Assembly (NCBI RefSeq): GCF_009914755.1
Contig: NC_060931.1
Length of the DNA: 64,000 nucleotides
DNA from: the human T2T-CHM13v2.0 reference genome, Homo sapiens
Strand: one strand, 5' to 3'
Positions 63,584 to 64,000 of this stretch are shown here, in pieces (position 1 is the first letter of the stretch; each line of letters opens with the position of its first letter). The notes under the pieces were generated by a model that was given only the letters and a program-made list of their open reading frames with translations, was not told the DNA's origin and made no database searches. Position numbers and translations under genes: made by a program.

Positions 63584-63684
63584 TTTTTTTTTTTTTTTTT
63601 TTTTTTTTTTGGTCAGTTGGATTGTCCACTGCAATTAAGCTGTGCAAGAGCAAAATAAAATTTGTTTGTTTGTTTGTTTGTTTC
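63584..63684. repeat. Poly(T) and (TTTG)n simple repeats
   Basis: A run of about 27 T, and five TTTG units at 63661-63680. Confidence 0.9.
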
Positions 63685-64000
63685 TCTATAACTATCTCAT
63701 GCTCTGCAGGAACCTCTACCCTTCTAGGTAATAGGAAAGAAAAAGATAACTAAGTACATAATCCACCTTCAATCTTAGCCCCAGTAGTAATTTTTCTAGA
63801 GTCTCTGTAGGTAAACCTGTCTTTAATGATGATTGTTGAGCCTCTCTAATTTCCATTTCCTGTCCCCTGCTTGTCTTTAGATAGTGGCTGGCTGTGTGGA
63901 GTGGGCACAGCGCTTGCTCTCATGAGCCGGTCCCTGGATCTACATCAAGATGGTGCCTGGATCTGTGGATGGACTCTGGTCCTACCTTGGCCCCTGCTGC

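Overview
This is primate, most likely human, genomic DNA; no prokaryotic features are present. The + strand carries the 3' end of BBS9 (PTHB1, a BBSome subunit). Bases 1-16797 are the distal part of a large intron. They are followed by a 111-nt coding exon (16798-16908), a 219-nt intron, and the terminal exon from 17128 (stop codon ends at 17159; poly(A) signals to ~18000). The spliced translation GCTTIPESDLEERSVEQDSTELFTNHRHLTAETPRPEVSPLQGVSE* matches the human BBS9 C-terminus as I recall it (not database-checked). The rest is mostly transposon-derived (L1, L2, MIR, Alu/FLAM, MaLR and ERV1 LTRs, hAT and Tigger DNA elements), plus a small CpG-rich island near 44.4 kb. Subfamily names are from recalled consensus sequences and are approximate. 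Almost all ORFs in the supplied track are spurious or repeat-derived. I found no convincing wholly new biological system. The best leads are: (1) several phase-compatible ways to swap the BBS9 C-terminal tail (last-intron retention, a NAGNAG acceptor, a cryptic 105/91-nt cassette, a distal alternative terminal exon ~30 kb downstream); (2) a palindromic AT-rich tract next to a near-perfect 128-bp templated duplication; (3) a hAT transposase fossil split by an L1; (4) an orphan CpG-rich element with CTCF-like and G4 motifs.
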